Source: Massalongia carnosa
Lineage: Eukaryota
Length of the DNA: 64,000 nucleotides
Reading direction: 5' to 3'
Assembly (NCBI GenBank): GCA_965645245.1
Contig: OZ287078.1
Coordinates: 124,001-188,000, forward strand
The translations under genes and the position numbers were made by a program. Below are positions 48,350 to 62,467 of this stretch, piece after piece; within the stretch, counting starts at the first letter, position 1; the number at the start of each line of letters is the position of its first letter. The notes beneath the pieces were generated by a model, which saw only the letters and a program-made list of their open reading frames with translations, was not told the origin of the DNA and ran no database searches.

Positions 48350-50920
48350 TCGTCACTCAGTCCGTACAGCCTGTTCATCTAGATTCACGATGATGGAGAT
48401 CTATGTTTATTGAAAATTTTATTTAGTTAAAATTCATCTCCAACTAGTATCAATGAAATGCTACGATTATGGGAGGAACTGGGACAGTATTTGATCATAC
48501 AAGAAGAGTAAGCTCCGTCTCGGTCAATAACATCGAGCAGGTCTTTGGATTTTTTTTGACAAACCTTCCTGACTAGAGCAACGCTAACATGATAGGGCGA
48601 TCAAAAACAAAATCTTTGTTATTGAGAATAGAATGACCCTGCGAACTATGGGAAATCCCATATTTGCGCAGGAGGCACGCTTTGCAAAGCGCTTGAATCT
48701 CGTAACGAATGAGATTGCGCATTTCGTGATCGAGGCTCGATGTAGTGGCAATCTAAATCATCAAAAAGATTCGTATGTTTACCCATAATAGAGCAGACAA
48801 TAATGGAGAGGCCAATTCCGCAAATGCCAATTTTACCCCATATCTATCAACAAAAAGCCGGCATGTTGAAACAGTTCTCCCTTGTATGGGAAGTGGCAGC
48901 AGGATAATGGACCCATACAGACACACAATGGGCCAATTTGATCGCTCCGGAACAAGGGGCGCGGTTTCGAGCTAGATTATTTGAATGGCGTGAAGCGACC
49001 TTTCCAGCATATCAACACGCGGTACTGGATCAGCTATGGACGCATCGACAATGGGAAGAGATTTGGGCGCGTCAGAATCCATGGGATGATCAGATTCAGA
49101 TGTGGGAGGAGGATATAGATCATGAGGTGAACGGATCGGACGAATAGGAAAGGGGGACTTGAGAGGAAGGAGGAGTGGTGGAGATGAGGAAATTGGAGAG
49201 AGAGAAGAAGGCGAGCAGGATGTGGGAAAGGAGGTGGAGGTTTTGGTGAGGTTATGGAGACTGACGGGGTGTTGGTCACGATCTAGATCTCCGTCAATGG
49301 CTCGATCGATCTAATGCTTGAGGATTAGTTGTGAAGCTTTTGAGGATTCTGTGCCAATCCGCAGCGTTATTTCTTATCGGCTTGTATTGGTCTCATCCGC
49401 CCACAGCACTGCGTCTGAGATGTCTACCCCGTCCAGGAGTCTCGTAACCCATAATCGGAGTAAAGGAAGCAGAAAAGCAGTAGAAAAAATAGGAGCGAGA
49501 ATGACATGAACAAAGTCATCGAACATGCCCATTCCATCATTGCTCCTATCGATGCGCCAGTGAGTCAATCAACCTTAGAGCTCAATTCATCAAACTCTCC
49601 TGTTCAAGGTGGATCAAGAGCCAGATATTTTTTGCGATAAGTCCAGTTCATCGTCACTGCCACCGCCCCCTTTCAGGGCTGCTGGCCATTTCTTGAGCGT
49701 CGCAAAGACCAATGCATCGCTTCTGCCATTTGCCAGGGCACGCCAAGATCTCTGGCTAGAGTGGTCCATATTTCTTGTTTCATTCTAAAATACCTATTCA
49801 TCAGAGAGTTCATAAAGGATTACTAAGAAATTTTATAAAAGTAGAGTCAACAACGATGAAAAATCCCATCTGCTGTAATAAATGCCTTTTCACTGACGGT
49901 CCGCTTCGATGGGGACGCCAAGGGATGTGGGGAGAGAGGCGGAGGTCGTTTGGCCGAAGTGGCTGTGGAAGACGAGAAAGAGCAGCGGTGGTAGACAGTA
50001 AGCGACCTTGCCGGTTGAAGGAATTTTGCGGAGCATTCGCTGTAGAGAAGTGGGACGTCGTGGAGGTGAAGGGAGAGGAAACTAGCGGATGGAGAGATGT
50101 CGATGTCAGGATGGAGATGGATCGAGAGAACGGAGGGGGTTGAGAAGTGTGAGGCGGCGGAGGACAAGGGCTTGACTTGACAAGAAGCGAGGAGATTAAC
50201 GCGTTGCTGTTAATGAAAATCGGCGAGAGAATCCGAGCCAACCAGTCCGCCTTGCCCTCTCACCGCCCCTGTCTTGCACATGACGTGTCACTTTGCCAAT
50301 CGGATAAGGATTTTTATGCGGATTTAGCGCAGGATGCCCTACATAGAAAGTGCCTGGGTAGGTGTGGGACTCCTAGGATGAGGAGATCCGTCCGGCAAAG
50401 CTAGCCAAAGCAGGCAGTGCCAGAACACAGAAGCATTACAGGCACCCTTAATGAGATTTGGGTCTGAATAATGATCAATAATCCATTAACAACAATGACA
50501 TACCGAATTAGAAACCATTGGTTGTGAATCATCCCATCTAAAAACCCCGCGGCAGCTCATTGGCAAAGTAGCCAACTCACGATTCGCTGACAGGAGCTTT
50601 CTTGAAGCAATTTACAACTTACAGCTAAGCATTCCAATATTATATGACTTCGAATAGAAGTCCCGTTGGGCTTATATCCTGTTCAAACAACCATTTTCAA
50701 TGAGGAAGACTCATAATGGCTTATGGCAACCGCAAACGTGCTAGCATACGCGGAGAGAAAAGTTAATTCAGCTGTTACAAAGCGATAATCAAGATTTGAA
50801 AAGTTAGAACAAGCTTCTCAAGGCATGAATTTTAGAACTAGAGGAATCACGCCCGTCGAACTTTCAATGTCAGTATAATATGTCTGAGGTTCTATAATAG
50901 GGCAGATGCTCTAAGAGTTC

Positions 50921-51152
50921 ATATCGAGAACTCGGGTTATAAGGACAAGCTTTCTTATGATAAGCCGAGAAAAGCAGTAAAAGAAGCTTGAAATGCAGTC
51001 ACAGAAGACTAATTAAACGAGCTGATTGCTTCCATGTCTGATCGTTGTCAAGCAGTAATAGATGCAGATGGAAAACACACTAAATAAGGTATGAAATTTG
51101 ATTGGTGGATACATGTAAAACTGACTAAAAACGTGACGTTTTCACACCCCTG
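50921..51152 (+). mobile_element. 3' fragment of a Tc1-like transposon with TIR
   Basis: ELIASMSDRCQAVIDADGKHTK* then ...CACACCCCTG followed by TA. Confidence 0.75.
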
Positions 51153-51446
51153 TATGTAGCGCGCTAGCAAAAAACCCGCCGGATATGACAGTAGATCTCA
51201 TGTTGATATGCCCACTTGCTTCTGCGTGGTTAGCTGAAATGTTCAGCCAAGTCTGGAACAATGCCAACAACGAGGCCACAGGACAGCTTGCTATTATGAT
51301 TTGTACCTAGGTATGGTGAGTATAATACATGGGCAATAAGCTGAATGATCTTACAAATATGGAGATCTCGATGTCGGAAATTAAGTGTGCTGTCATGCAG
51401 GCTGTCAAGGAAACAAGACATTGACATATGGGGTAGATAATCAAAA

Positions 51447-51983
51447 TCAAAGTCTTTTCTCCACTATTAAAGAGATCCTTCCAATACTTCCAAGGCCTAG
51501 CCAGCTAGAGAAGAAGGATAGAGCCGCAGCGAACCAAAACAATCCACGTCCAGACGGCTCTTGACGAAAACAATGTTCCCACAATGTTCCCACAATGGAG
51601 CCAGTCAGAGAAAGGATGATAAGTATAATCGACATTCCTCCACGAACAGAGAGACATCCAAAATATGGCATGTTATCCACCAAAGAGAGTGAAGCTATTA
51701 GATCATTAGTGGAGTCTTGAATGGATTTATATGTGATCCTTGCCTCAGAAGTATGTGCCAAATTAAGAAGACACGGCAAGATCCAATATCTTAGAGAAGC
51801 AATTTTGAAGTGCAGCATATAAAGAACAATAATAGAAACAAAGAATACACAACCAAGAATGAAAGGAGCCCAATCAATGGCGGTATGCCTCGTGATCTGC
51901 GAATGCAATAGAGTAATAGAAAGGCAAAGATTAAAAAGTACACCACCGATTATTAGGGTAGCAAAGTACCATTGAGAATTCAT
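51447..51983 (-). CDS. Hypothetical multi-pass membrane protein (178 aa)
   Basis: Uninterrupted ATG ORF with 4-5 hydrophobic segments; no family recognised. Confidence 0.5.
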   Translation of the reverse strand: MNSQWYFATLIIGGVLFNLCLSITLLHSQITRHTAIDWAPFILGCVFFVSIIVLYMLHFKIASLRYWILPCLLNLAHTSEARITYKSIQDSTNDLIASLSLVDNMPYFGCLSVRGGMSIILIILSLTGSIVGTLWEHCFRQEPSGRGLFWFAAALSFFSSWLGLGSIGRISLIVEKRL

Positions 51984-53813
51984 TGCGAGTCGAAAAGAAC
52001 GGATGAATCAACAAGGCATCTTCACAGCCTCGTTCACCGCTTTATAGAACTCAAGGAAGCCATGCTATTGTTCGTAATCGCCCTGGGTAAAGCCGATAAT
52101 GATCTTCGTTCAAGGTTGGCTGTCTTGTATGCTACTCGATAGGATTGATAGATCAACGCCATCACCAGCTTATTCTATGACACAGCAAGGACTGATCGAT
52201 CCGAAGGCTTAATCGTAACCGTTCGCGCCGTCAAGCTTGCGGTTAGCAGGATGAACCAGGAATCTTATCTACTTGCACATAGAAGATGTAACTTCAGGGG
52301 GCTGCATCAAAGAATGTGATCCGTCATTTGGTTGGATGTAATCCATGTGAGGACTAAAATATGATAGTTTGTACTGTACTCGAGCTGCTCCTATAGAATG
52401 ATCAAGTCAATCTCCGGAGAACGAGAACATGCGAGCTGAGATTCTCCAATGGAGATCACTTGAGTCTTATCGCTTGGCTTTCGCTAAGTGTTGTTATTTG
52501 CAATGCTGTAGGCATCCATGCTGGATACCTTGATGTGATAGTATCTGCATGGTAAGCCTCGGTGCTTTGGCATCCATATGGGATGCGTCAATGGCGGCTT
52601 CGATGCTCTGGCATCCATATGGGATGCGTCGATGTCATAGAACCTGCACTAGGGTGTAGATATCGACTGTCTGACCTCTCCATCTAATTGCCTCACTGGT
52701 TTTCTTATACTATCACATGGAGTTTTCAGCGAACCAAGTCCACTGAGGCTGATGATCGTTGTTTATCCTGTTGGCTCTGTTGCCTTCCGTTCATTGATAA
52801 CCGCATCTATTCCACGATAAGGCTCTCCAGGTCAGTCACTTATATCCTCGTTGTGAAGGTATCACACAGCAATGGTCGGTTAAAGAAGACTGATTCTTGA
52901 GAGTCTATTGCAATTCTGCAAATACTGATTAGTATCGTTTCCCAAGTACTCATTGTTGCGAAATCTTTAGCATTTATGCTTCGATCTCGAAAGCTCAATA
53001 AACACGCTCTTGGAAGTGGCACTGTTACCATCCACCGTCACGTGCCACACTTTGCAGACGTAAACTGTTTTCCCCTTTATTCTGACTCAAGATCTAGCAT
53101 TTGAAGCCGAAAATAGAAGTACTGAAGAGCAAATCCTGTCAAAATCGCCGACTGGTTTTCATTTATGAGTTCTTGGACAGCTCTCCAATCCACCGACCCG
53201 CAACCGGAAAGCATACAGTAATCATCATTATTCGATAGGGTTCGGGTTTTCCTCTCATCTGCAAGGGATCGCATTTTATAGATATTACTTCATCTCTCCA
53301 ACTTCTATGGAGGATGTTCCGCAGACAGACGGGTCGGTGGTGGGGTTTGATGATGGTCTAGCATGTAAAAATACTGCTGTTAAGGGTGACAGCGGCTGCG
53401 GGATTCTATTGCTGTACTAAGGACGAAGTCCTCTCCGCATTAAACGGTAATTCAGTACTATATAGATGGCTCCCAAAGTCTCAAATTTGTGTTTGCATGG
53501 CATAACAGGCTTTGGGCTTCACATAGCGGGAAAGATAAATGAGAATCTTTGATGTCCTCATCAACCGCCAATACAACTATAAGGAAAGATCTCCTTGTAG
53601 TTGCGATAGTTCCTAGCATTATAATTGAGCTTTGACTAAAACCCTACCTAGCTACTACTCCAGTATCACGATCAGATTCGAAGGCTGGTGTAGCTATTCG
53701 ACGAATTCACTGACATCTTCTGAAAACCGAGACTATGGCTAAAGTCGATCTCCATTGCGGCAGGCGCGTTGTCATGAAGATTGTCCCGTTTCTTTTCGGC
53801 ATCTTTATTGCCC

Positions 53814-54401
53814 TTACCCATCAACGTAAAAGCCGTCCCAGATCCTGTTCCAGGCATTCTGTATCATTCCGTTCGCGTCGACGTAAAAGCCGTCCCAGTT
53901 CTCGTTCCAGGCGTGTTTTATTGTCCCGTGTGCGTCAACATAAAAATCGTCCCACGAATCAGCCCTCAAGAAAAAGTCTGACTGATTCCCATGACGATTT
54001 CCACGAACCGTGACAAAGACGCTGGAATTTACCGCATTAATGTTTTCCAATACAGGAAGAGTTCCGCTCCTGCCAATCCAAGAGTCTGTATTGATGGCTT
54101 CCGGCCTCATCATCAACGGAGGTGTCATCTCAGCTGTCAAGCCTCGGCCGTTATCTGGCAGTTCAGACACCGATGTGTTATCTGCTGATATCATCGAGGT
54201 GAGGTGTTTTGTTGACTGCGAATCTAGAACTTCACTCGATATACTTGTTTGGTCTGAAGGAGCAAACGGATGCTGATCACTGCTGAACTCGTGGCTTGAT
54301 TCTGAGGTTGATCTAGTTTCATACAAGGCTTCATCGTTTGTTTCGGAACTGGAATAGTCTTGTCTATGAAGTGCTGAACAGCTTTTTGTGCTTACCGGCA
54401 T
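53814..54401 (-). CDS. Hypothetical protein segment with 20-aa tandem repeats; probably part of a larger broken gene
   Basis: Ser-rich region then WD(D/G)FYVDAxGxIxxAWN about 2.5 times (60-nt period). Confidence 0.3.
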   Translation of the reverse strand: MPVSTKSCSALHRQDYSSSETNDEALYETRSTSESSHEFSSDQHPFAPSDQTSISSEVLDSQSTKHLTSMISADNTSVSELPDNGRGLTAEMTPPLMMRPEAINTDSWIGRSGTLPVLENINAVNSSVFVTVRGNRHGNQSDFFLRADSWDDFYVDAHGTIKHAWNENWDGFYVDANGMIQNAWNRIWDGFYVDG

Positions 54402-55033
54402 GGTGCATCGTCAGTGGCCACTGAAGCGCTTGAAGACAACAGAGTCACCGATGTACCCAAGAATTTATCAAGTCTTGATGTATATCTTTCGCCATGGACC
54501 GATTTCTCTGCGTATATGCCTGTAGTAATGTAATGAAATAGTATGCGTGTATCGACCTTCAGCATTGTTCAGCTTCGATATTCCGGAATGAAGAGCACTA
54601 CCGTTGGCATTTCATCCTGAAGGCTCAGTCCAGGGACATCCTTCAGGATTTTTCTCAGAACATCCCGTAGACCCGCTGACTTGATATCGAGGCAGAGAAC
54701 AAAATCCAGGTTTGATTTGTCTAGGCGGCGTGAACAGAGCTAACATACAGTTTCATAGCCCACTTACCAAATTTCTTACGCACAACGAACACATCTGCTA
54801 TTGGATCTTCATCCACAGTTGCTCAGCATTTGATTGCACGCTGCAAAATGAATCAGTGTATTGGCATGCGGGGAGATGGATAAGTTACCATAGCGCCAAG
54901 ACTTTGACGCCGCCATCCTGCATCCTTCCGCTAGCATCTCCGAGACGACCATGGCGGCAATATAAAAGCCATCTCCTACCCTCTCTATTCCAATGAACAT
55001 GGCCCGCAATCATGCAAAGGCAGACGTCAGAAA

Positions 55034-58000
55034 CTTTGGATTGACAATAGCGACGGTCCACCTAGCCTTATCGGAGGCCGGCGTTACAATAGGCCGGCCC
55101 CCTGAATCCTAATGCGGTAAGGTGGTTAAGGAGGTGTTTGCTATAGCAAACAATCTGGTCAATAAGGTCCTCGGGAGAACCCCCTCGAACTTCCTTCCTT
55201 CTAGATAGCATTAATATAATCACCTTTCAAAGCCTTCAGTCTGCCACTAAGCCTCCTGTAATCAAAGGGTTATGAGCCCGGCTAGACGCTAGGGAAGTGC
55301 TATATAATCTCTTCTCTTCCTACATATCTAGTCCTCGTCCTTGTAAGCCAATTATCAAGCCTCAAAGAACCTCCTCAGCTGTCGGTGCTTAGTCTTCAAC
55401 AATGGGACTAGAAACTTATCAGATAAAGCCGTCGGTAGGTGAAAAGAACTACAATGTATGGAAGGAGGAGGTGAAAGGCCTCCTCAGTTTAGACGAACTG
55501 TGGGATATAGTTAAAGGGGAAGAACTCCGACCCCTTAATGCTCCGCCTCGACCAGTGGACTCCCCTTCTAAGATAGAAGATGGAGTCACCACCCCGGCCA
55601 TAGTAGTGACACAAAGCACTATTGAGCGGTGGGAGGACAAACTGGAGGCCTTCGAGGACAAACAGAAGAAATGGGACAAGCGAAGGGTAATAGCAGCTAC
55701 CAAGATATACTTGAACTGTGGAACAGGCCCTCGAGTCCATATAGAGGGCCTGGAAGACCCAAAAGAGATGTGGGATGTACTGGAAAAGCATTACAAAGCA
55801 ACAAGTCTGGCCACTAGAGACCTGGCCTTCCTTCAACTTCGTGCTAGCCAATCAGATTTCAAATCCATTCAGGAGTACGCCGAACACCTAAAGAAGGCCA
55901 ACTCCTAGTTGATACAACTCGGTCACAAGTTACCAGACTGGGTTCTCTCTACCTCGTTCCGACTTGGTCTTAAACCGGACCTGGAACCTTATATCTCCAG
56001 TCTCGTAGAGGCTGCAAGAGCAAACATGAGGGAGTTAGACGTAGACGAGATGATGATGACCTTAATAGATCATGATAACCGTCAACATAACTTAGAGGAA
56101 TCCAACAAGGCACTGACGGCTAAGTTCAACAGGAAGGAAAAGAAAGAAGAAGATAAGAAGAGCAAAAAGGGGAAAAAGGAGAAAAATACCAATTCGTCAA
56201 AATGTGAATACTGTGACGGTCCTGGCCACAAAAAGACCAATTGCTATTATCTGAATGCAACCAACCGGCCCGATAACTGGAAACCGGCCCCATCTAAGGA
56301 AAACTTGGTGAAGAATAAGAAGGAGGATAGGAAGGAGGATAAGGACAAGAAGGAATCGAATCCCTCGTCCAAATCAGCCTTCGTTCCAAGATCAATGATA
56401 ACCAAGAGCCTCTTTACTAACGTCCATAAGTCTTAAAATAAGGATCGTACCTGGTGGATAGACTCGGCTTCCGATGTCCATATTTGCTATGACAAAGACC
56501 TATTTGATGACTATCAATCAATTAGAGGGAAGGTCATAAAAACGGCCAACTCCACTGATATGATTATTAAAGGAAAAGGATCTGTTACCCTGTATCTAGA
56601 CGTGGATGGTGAATCAAAGGCTGTATGCCTAAAGGATGTCCATCACGTACCCGAGTCAGCATACAAACTGTTTTCTGTAGGTGTTATTGAGTCGAAAGGA
56701 TTCGAATTTCGAGTAGGAAAAGGAAGTACTGAATGTTTTGCCCCTGACGGAGAACTCTGTCTTACTGGTACTCGTCAGTCTTCTGGATCCACACACTCGA
56801 TCGACCTGGACCAATCAAAGACGTTACATACCTCTTACAAATCCTCCGACAATGCCTCGTGGACGGTGTGGCACCGACGATTAGCCCATCTCAACATGAA
56901 GGACGTCAAGATTTTAGCTAAACTCTCCACTAGCATTGATGCAATTAAGGCTGATAAATGTGAATCAGCAGAACCTAAAATCAACGTGTGTCCATCATGT
57001 GCAATAGGAAAACAACATCGAAATCCAGTTAGAATTCAACGACTAAAGGCCACCAACATCGGTGAAATTGTACATACCGAGATTGCTGGCGGGGGGGACA
57101 TACCTCAGACAATTTGGGGAGCCAAGTATGTTGCCTCCTTCGTTGACGATTTTACTGACTGGACGGTGATTTGCCTTCTGAAGAAAAAATCCGAATTAAA
57201 GGAGGTCCTAAAGGACTATTTAGCATGGATGAAGACACAAGGACATCCGGTCAAACTTATGCGCAGTGACAACGGAGGGGAGTACGCTGGCCATCAGACC
57301 TTACAAATTTTGAAGGACAATGGCATTGAGTGGGATGCGACAGCACCACACAATCCGAATCAGAATGGGGTAGCCGAGAGGTGCTTTCGCACCCTCTTCG
57401 AGCGAACCCGTGCGATTTTTAGTGACAGTGGAATGCCTTCTAATCAATGGGGGGAGGCTATTTCCTACGTTACTTACCTGAAAAACAGGAGTCCAAGGCA
57501 TGGTGATAAAACACCCTTCGAACTGATGTATGGCAGACAGCCAGACTTGTCGGGTGCTCGTATCTTCGGGTGCGTAGCATACTCTTACAATGTTGACCCT
57601 CAGAAGAAGAAGCTGGACGACAGAAGCATCAAATGCAGATTTCTTGGCCTTCAAGGCAACAACAAGTATCGCCTTTGGGACCTCACCTCCAAGAAAGAGA
57701 CCGCATCCCTTTCGGTTGAAGAATCGGGGGATGGTGGCGACGACGACTATGGCTTCTTTACAATTCTTCTACCGAAATGGTGACGACGAGGTGGACACAC
57801 CAGGAGTGATAATTTATGCCAATGAAGAGGAGGAACTCGTTAATGAGGAACCCCCTAAACGGCCTTTAGAACCGGAAATTGCATATGAAGGAACCGGGAG
57901 AGAGGACGATGATAAATCAGAAAGTTCAGAAAATTCCGAAGCCTCACAAGTAGCCGACCTGACCTCTGGGTCATCAACTGCTCCTTTTACAGGCCAATTT

Positions 58001-60053
58001 ACTAGTAATTCCGAGCAGTCGATCAAATCCGCACCAGGACAGGTACCTCAGGAACCTAGACCACCACCTCCACCAACATCATCATCCCGACCATCCCGAA
58101 ATACCTCTCGACCCGATTATGCTAAATTAGCTGATCCATGGTCTAAGAAAGGAGGTAACAAGGGATTCGCATTGAGAGCTCTTAAAACCTCCTTAAACGA
58201 CCTCACCGTCCCCAGCACCTACAAGGAGGCCATTCAGTCTTCAGAGGCTACCAAATGGATCCGAGCATCAGAGGAGGAGGTTGAATCTCATTCCATCAAC
58301 GGGACCTGGGACCTGGAAATTCCACCATCTGGTAGGAAGATCCTCCCTGGTAGATGGGTTTATACCACCAAACTCGGTCCGGATGGGGAAATATCTCGAT
58401 ATAAGGCCCGATGGGTAGGTAAAGGTTTTTGCCAGATAGAAGGCATTGACTATAATCAAACCTATGCCAGCGTGGTCAAATCAATGACATGGAAGGCCCT
58501 GCTGGCTATAGCGGCTAGATATGACCTGGAGGTCGAACAGATCGACGTGGTCACCGCTTTCCTTGAGGCCCCTCTAAAAGAGGTCTGGATGGAACAACCC
58601 CATGGGTTTGACAAACCAGGGGGATATGCCTGTCGCTTGAAGAAGGCCTTGTATGGTCTCAAGCAGGCCCCCCGTGAATGGTATTCTACCCTCACTGACT
58701 ATCTTATCACCATGGGCTATAGGAGAGTGGACGAGGACCATTCGGTCTATATTTATCAGCAAAATGGCATCATAATAGCAATTTATGTGGATGATCTACT
58801 TCTCATCGGACCCTCTCTTTCGGACATCAGTCTTTTGAAGACTGAATTGTCTCACCGATTCCGGATCAAGGATCTCGGACCAATTAACTTCTATTTAGGG
58901 ATGCATGTCACTCGAGACCGGCCAAATAGAAGAATATATGTTCATCAATCGGCGTACATTAGGCGAATCATCGATGCAGTCGACATGTCCGATTGCAAAT
59001 CCGTCAAAACACCCATGGAGACCAATCTTATTCTGGTCAAGAATTACTATAAAGGCAAGATATACGAGGCCACAAATAGAGAGATCAAGGCATATCAAAT
59101 GCTTATTGGATCTCTATTGTGGTTAGCATGTATGACTCGGCCGGATATTGCTTACTCGGTGAATCGCTGTAGTAGATATTCAATCAATCCTACCCCCTAT
59201 CAAGGCGCAATCTTAAAAAGAATAATTCGATATTTGGCTGGAACAAGGGACCTAGGCCTATGTTTTGGATCCTCCTATGAGGGTATTCACACTGATTTAA
59301 TCGGTTATACTGATGCCTCTTATGGAGACTGTCTGGACACTAGGAGATCCACTTCCGCCTATGTCTTCCTCCTGAACAGCGGACTAATCAGCTGGTCAAC
59401 GAAACGTCAGGCCTCGGTGGCCACCTCCACAGCTGAGGCGGAGTATATGGGGGAGTGCCATGCTGGCAAGGAGGCTGTCTTCTTGGCGAATGCCTTGAAA
59501 TCCTTGGGATATGGTGTCAATGGCCCCGTTCCCCTGAAAGCTGACAATAAGGCAGCTATAAAGCTAGCCGACAACCCCATCAATCATCCTCGGGCCAAAC
59601 ACATCGATATCCAGTATCATAAGACGAGGGAGCTGATCGCTGAGGGAGCTATTCAAATTAGCTATGTGCCCACTAAGGATATAATAGCGGATGGACTAAC
59701 CAAGCCTCTTCCGTGGATCTCCTTTCGAAGGTTCATCGATCAGATGAATATGACCACTGCCCCTGAGGCATCAAATCAATGAGGTTGATTCAAACTTCTG
59801 CAGGTTGGAACCTTCCTATTGTGAGGGAGCTTTGGATTGACAATAGCGACGGTCCACCTAGCCTTATCGGAGGCCGGCGTTACAATAGGCCGGCCCCCTG
59901 AATCCTAATGCGGTAAGGTGGTTAAGGAGGTGTTTGCTAATCTGGTCAATAAGGTCCTCGGGAGGACCGCTCGAACTTCCTTCCTTCTAGATAGCATTAA
60001 TATAATCACCTTTCAAAGCCTTCAGTCTGCCACTAAGCCTCCTGTAATCAAAG
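55034..60053 (+). mobile_element. Full-length Ty1/Copia LTR retrotransposon (copy 2) with non-canonical LTR ends
   Basis: LTRs 55034-55267 and 59830-60053; TSD AGAAA; PBS GGTTATGAGCCC at 55268; PPT GAGGGAG. Confidence 0.95.
55402..59782 (+). pseudogene. Copia gag-pol, disrupted
   Basis: CEYCDGPGHKKTNC knuckle, WWIDSAS, WHRRLAH, RSDNGGEY, YVDD, RAKHIDI; stops at 55906 and 56434, frameshift/deletion near 57700. Confidence 0.93.
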
Positions 60054-60655
60054 AGAAAACCCGGGCGACAATTATTAACCCTTGGTCGGTCATCGTATAT
60101 CTCTCTTCCATACTTCAACTGACCATTGGCAGGAAAACATCCTACGCGTGTCACGAAGCATCAAACGCCTCCTCGCAAGAGCGCACACTTGGAAGCGATA
60201 CAGCATCTCGAGCAACGAGTGGACTCCAAAGGCCGAAACACTGAACAGCATCCGTTTTCCTCTCCGTGAATAAGCAACACTCGCAGTTCGGTATGTCCTA
60301 TACTCGCTTTAATGTTATCTATTGAAACCTAATCCTAAGGATAGTGCTCACAGAACTTACCGACTTGTGAAAAGCCTTCAGGCCCAGATCAAAGACCCAG
60401 TCAAAAGCGCAAGCGATCACAAGGAACTGAAGATCTAGTCCCTCAAATTAAGGACCAGCCCATTGATCCAGAGAGAAAAATGTTCACAAGGGAGAACGAA
60501 GAACATCATCAGCTACCATCACCATCAAAAAGCAACTCACACGAGCAATCATCTAGGAAGAAAAGGAGGAGGATTTTTCCATAAAACCGCGCTCGGAGGA
60601 AACCAATAATCGCTATCCGAAAAGATGTAAGGCCTTACGGCAAACACCGCAAACG

Positions 60656-62188
60656 GTGCAGTTCCAGAAAACTGTACCTGAAAAAAACAGCCCCATTTTT
60701 GAGAGGCTGGAACAAGGGCCCGAAGCCCTAGAAAGCGAAGAGAAAGAGAAAGAAAAAGACGATCCTATCAGTTACTGGGCCGCGAACCATACCTGGCCCG
60801 ACAACTTTGCAGAGTCTCATGCAATGTCTTCGAACAATACCAACAAACGACCGCGAACGTCGGATCATTCTCAAAGCAGCAAGGATGAAAAATCCCGGAG
60901 CTATTCTCAGAGCCGTAAGGATGGAAATGTCCCGGAGCAATATACTAAATCGTACGAAAAGTACATTTTCACACAAGGTCTGGACATGAATTATATCAAA
61001 GGCAGGGAACTTGTTTCTCCAGACAGCAAGGCGGCTTGCCAAGATCTTCGAAATATGGAATGCGTGGCCATCTCTCCTACTGTTTATTCCGAGGACAAAA
61101 TACTCCAGGTGATCGACCTTTGCCAGAATGCAAATGAAGCAATGGTAAGCCGAGATGTTACGACGCTGATTTTGCCGCCAATCAAAGCACTACATCTAAC
61201 GGACAAAGCAAATATTTTCAAAGATTTTACCGATCAAGTTAGAGCGCAGTGGCATGAGAGTTGGGTTCTGGCAGGACCTCGGCCTGAACCTGACCTGGCC
61301 ATTGGCTTCCTCCATTCCGCCTTTACGGTATCAGAAAATGAAAAATTAACCAACTACACATCCTTTGAAAACTTGACGCGACCAACCGATGAAATGTGTT
61401 TTCCGTTCCTGATGTGCGAGGTCCAGTGTGGCAACTGGGCACTTGACTATGCTGACCGGCAGAACATGCACAGCTGCAGTGTGGCGGCCAAGGCGCTTCT
61501 CAAGCTCGAGCAAAAGGCGGATCAGTACCGAGAGGACAAGCAATTCGAGAGCTTGCTTGGCAAGATCGTTGTCTATTCCATCTCACACGATCAAAAAGAT
61601 GCCCGCCTCTACGGGCATTATGCCTTGGTTGAAGAAGAAAAATGGACGTATTATCGCCTTCATATTCGGCATTTCGACATTGCACACGAGGAGAGGGACC
61701 TGCTGGCCCTCCACAATTTTGCTCGCAATATCCTAATGATACACGCTTCAAAACTGTTGAAACGGCTTCAGAAAGCAATCGCAGTTCTCCCGATCTCATC
61801 TACGCTATCATTCTCTGCAGGTACGATGAGCTTGGAGGACGACTCAAAGCAAGGCTTCCAACAACTCCCACAGGGTCGAAATACCGAATGGTTTGCGGCT
61901 CCCGTTCTTCCTGCCAGCGCCCAAAAACTGTTCGACGAGCAAAAGGAGTAGATGGACAAGCTCCTTCAGCAGATGGAACGGCAAAGGGAGGAGAACAAGG
62001 AGAAGGGGGAAAGGCAATGGGAGGAGATGGAACGGCAGATGGGACGGCAAAGGGAGGAGAACAAGGGGAAGGAGAAAAGGCAAAGGGAGGAGATGGAACG
62101 GCAGATGGATGAGCTAAAGAAGGAAAAGGATGAGTTGAGAGAGCAAATCAAGGAGCTCATAGACATACTCAAACAAAAGAAGAGCTAG
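60656..62188 (+). pseudogene. Fungal PD-(D/E)xK-like protein with C-terminal coiled coil; premature stop
   Basis: PEPDLAIGF...FPFLMCEVQC...ADRQNMHS; TAG at 61949 separates the in-frame coiled-coil tail, which has a 63-nt duplication; true start probably upstream. Confidence 0.6.
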
Positions 62189-62467
62189 GTTTAGAATACT
62201 GAGTGCTCATCCGGCCGAGCTGATAGTTACCTGGATTGATTCGTGAACCATAATTTTAGAATCTAGTGATGATTCTAGAATCCTGACATGATAAGTACGT
62301 GCTTCTTAGTGAAAAACGAAATTCTTCCCTACGGCCTACGGGTTGTTCAGTCTCCGACGAGAGAGTTGAGAGATGCAGTTATAAGGAAGAAGGTGGAATA
62401 GGAACAGGTATTTCAGATTGCCCATGGTTATCAATTCAGCTTTCCGTTTAGTCGAACAACACAGCAT

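Noticed and set aside
48775..50400. Several short ORFs
   Set aside because: No recognisable domains or consistent gene model
52560..52635. Duplicated near-palindromic 21-mer GGCATCCATATGGGATGCGTC
   Set aside because: Two copies only, with no supporting context
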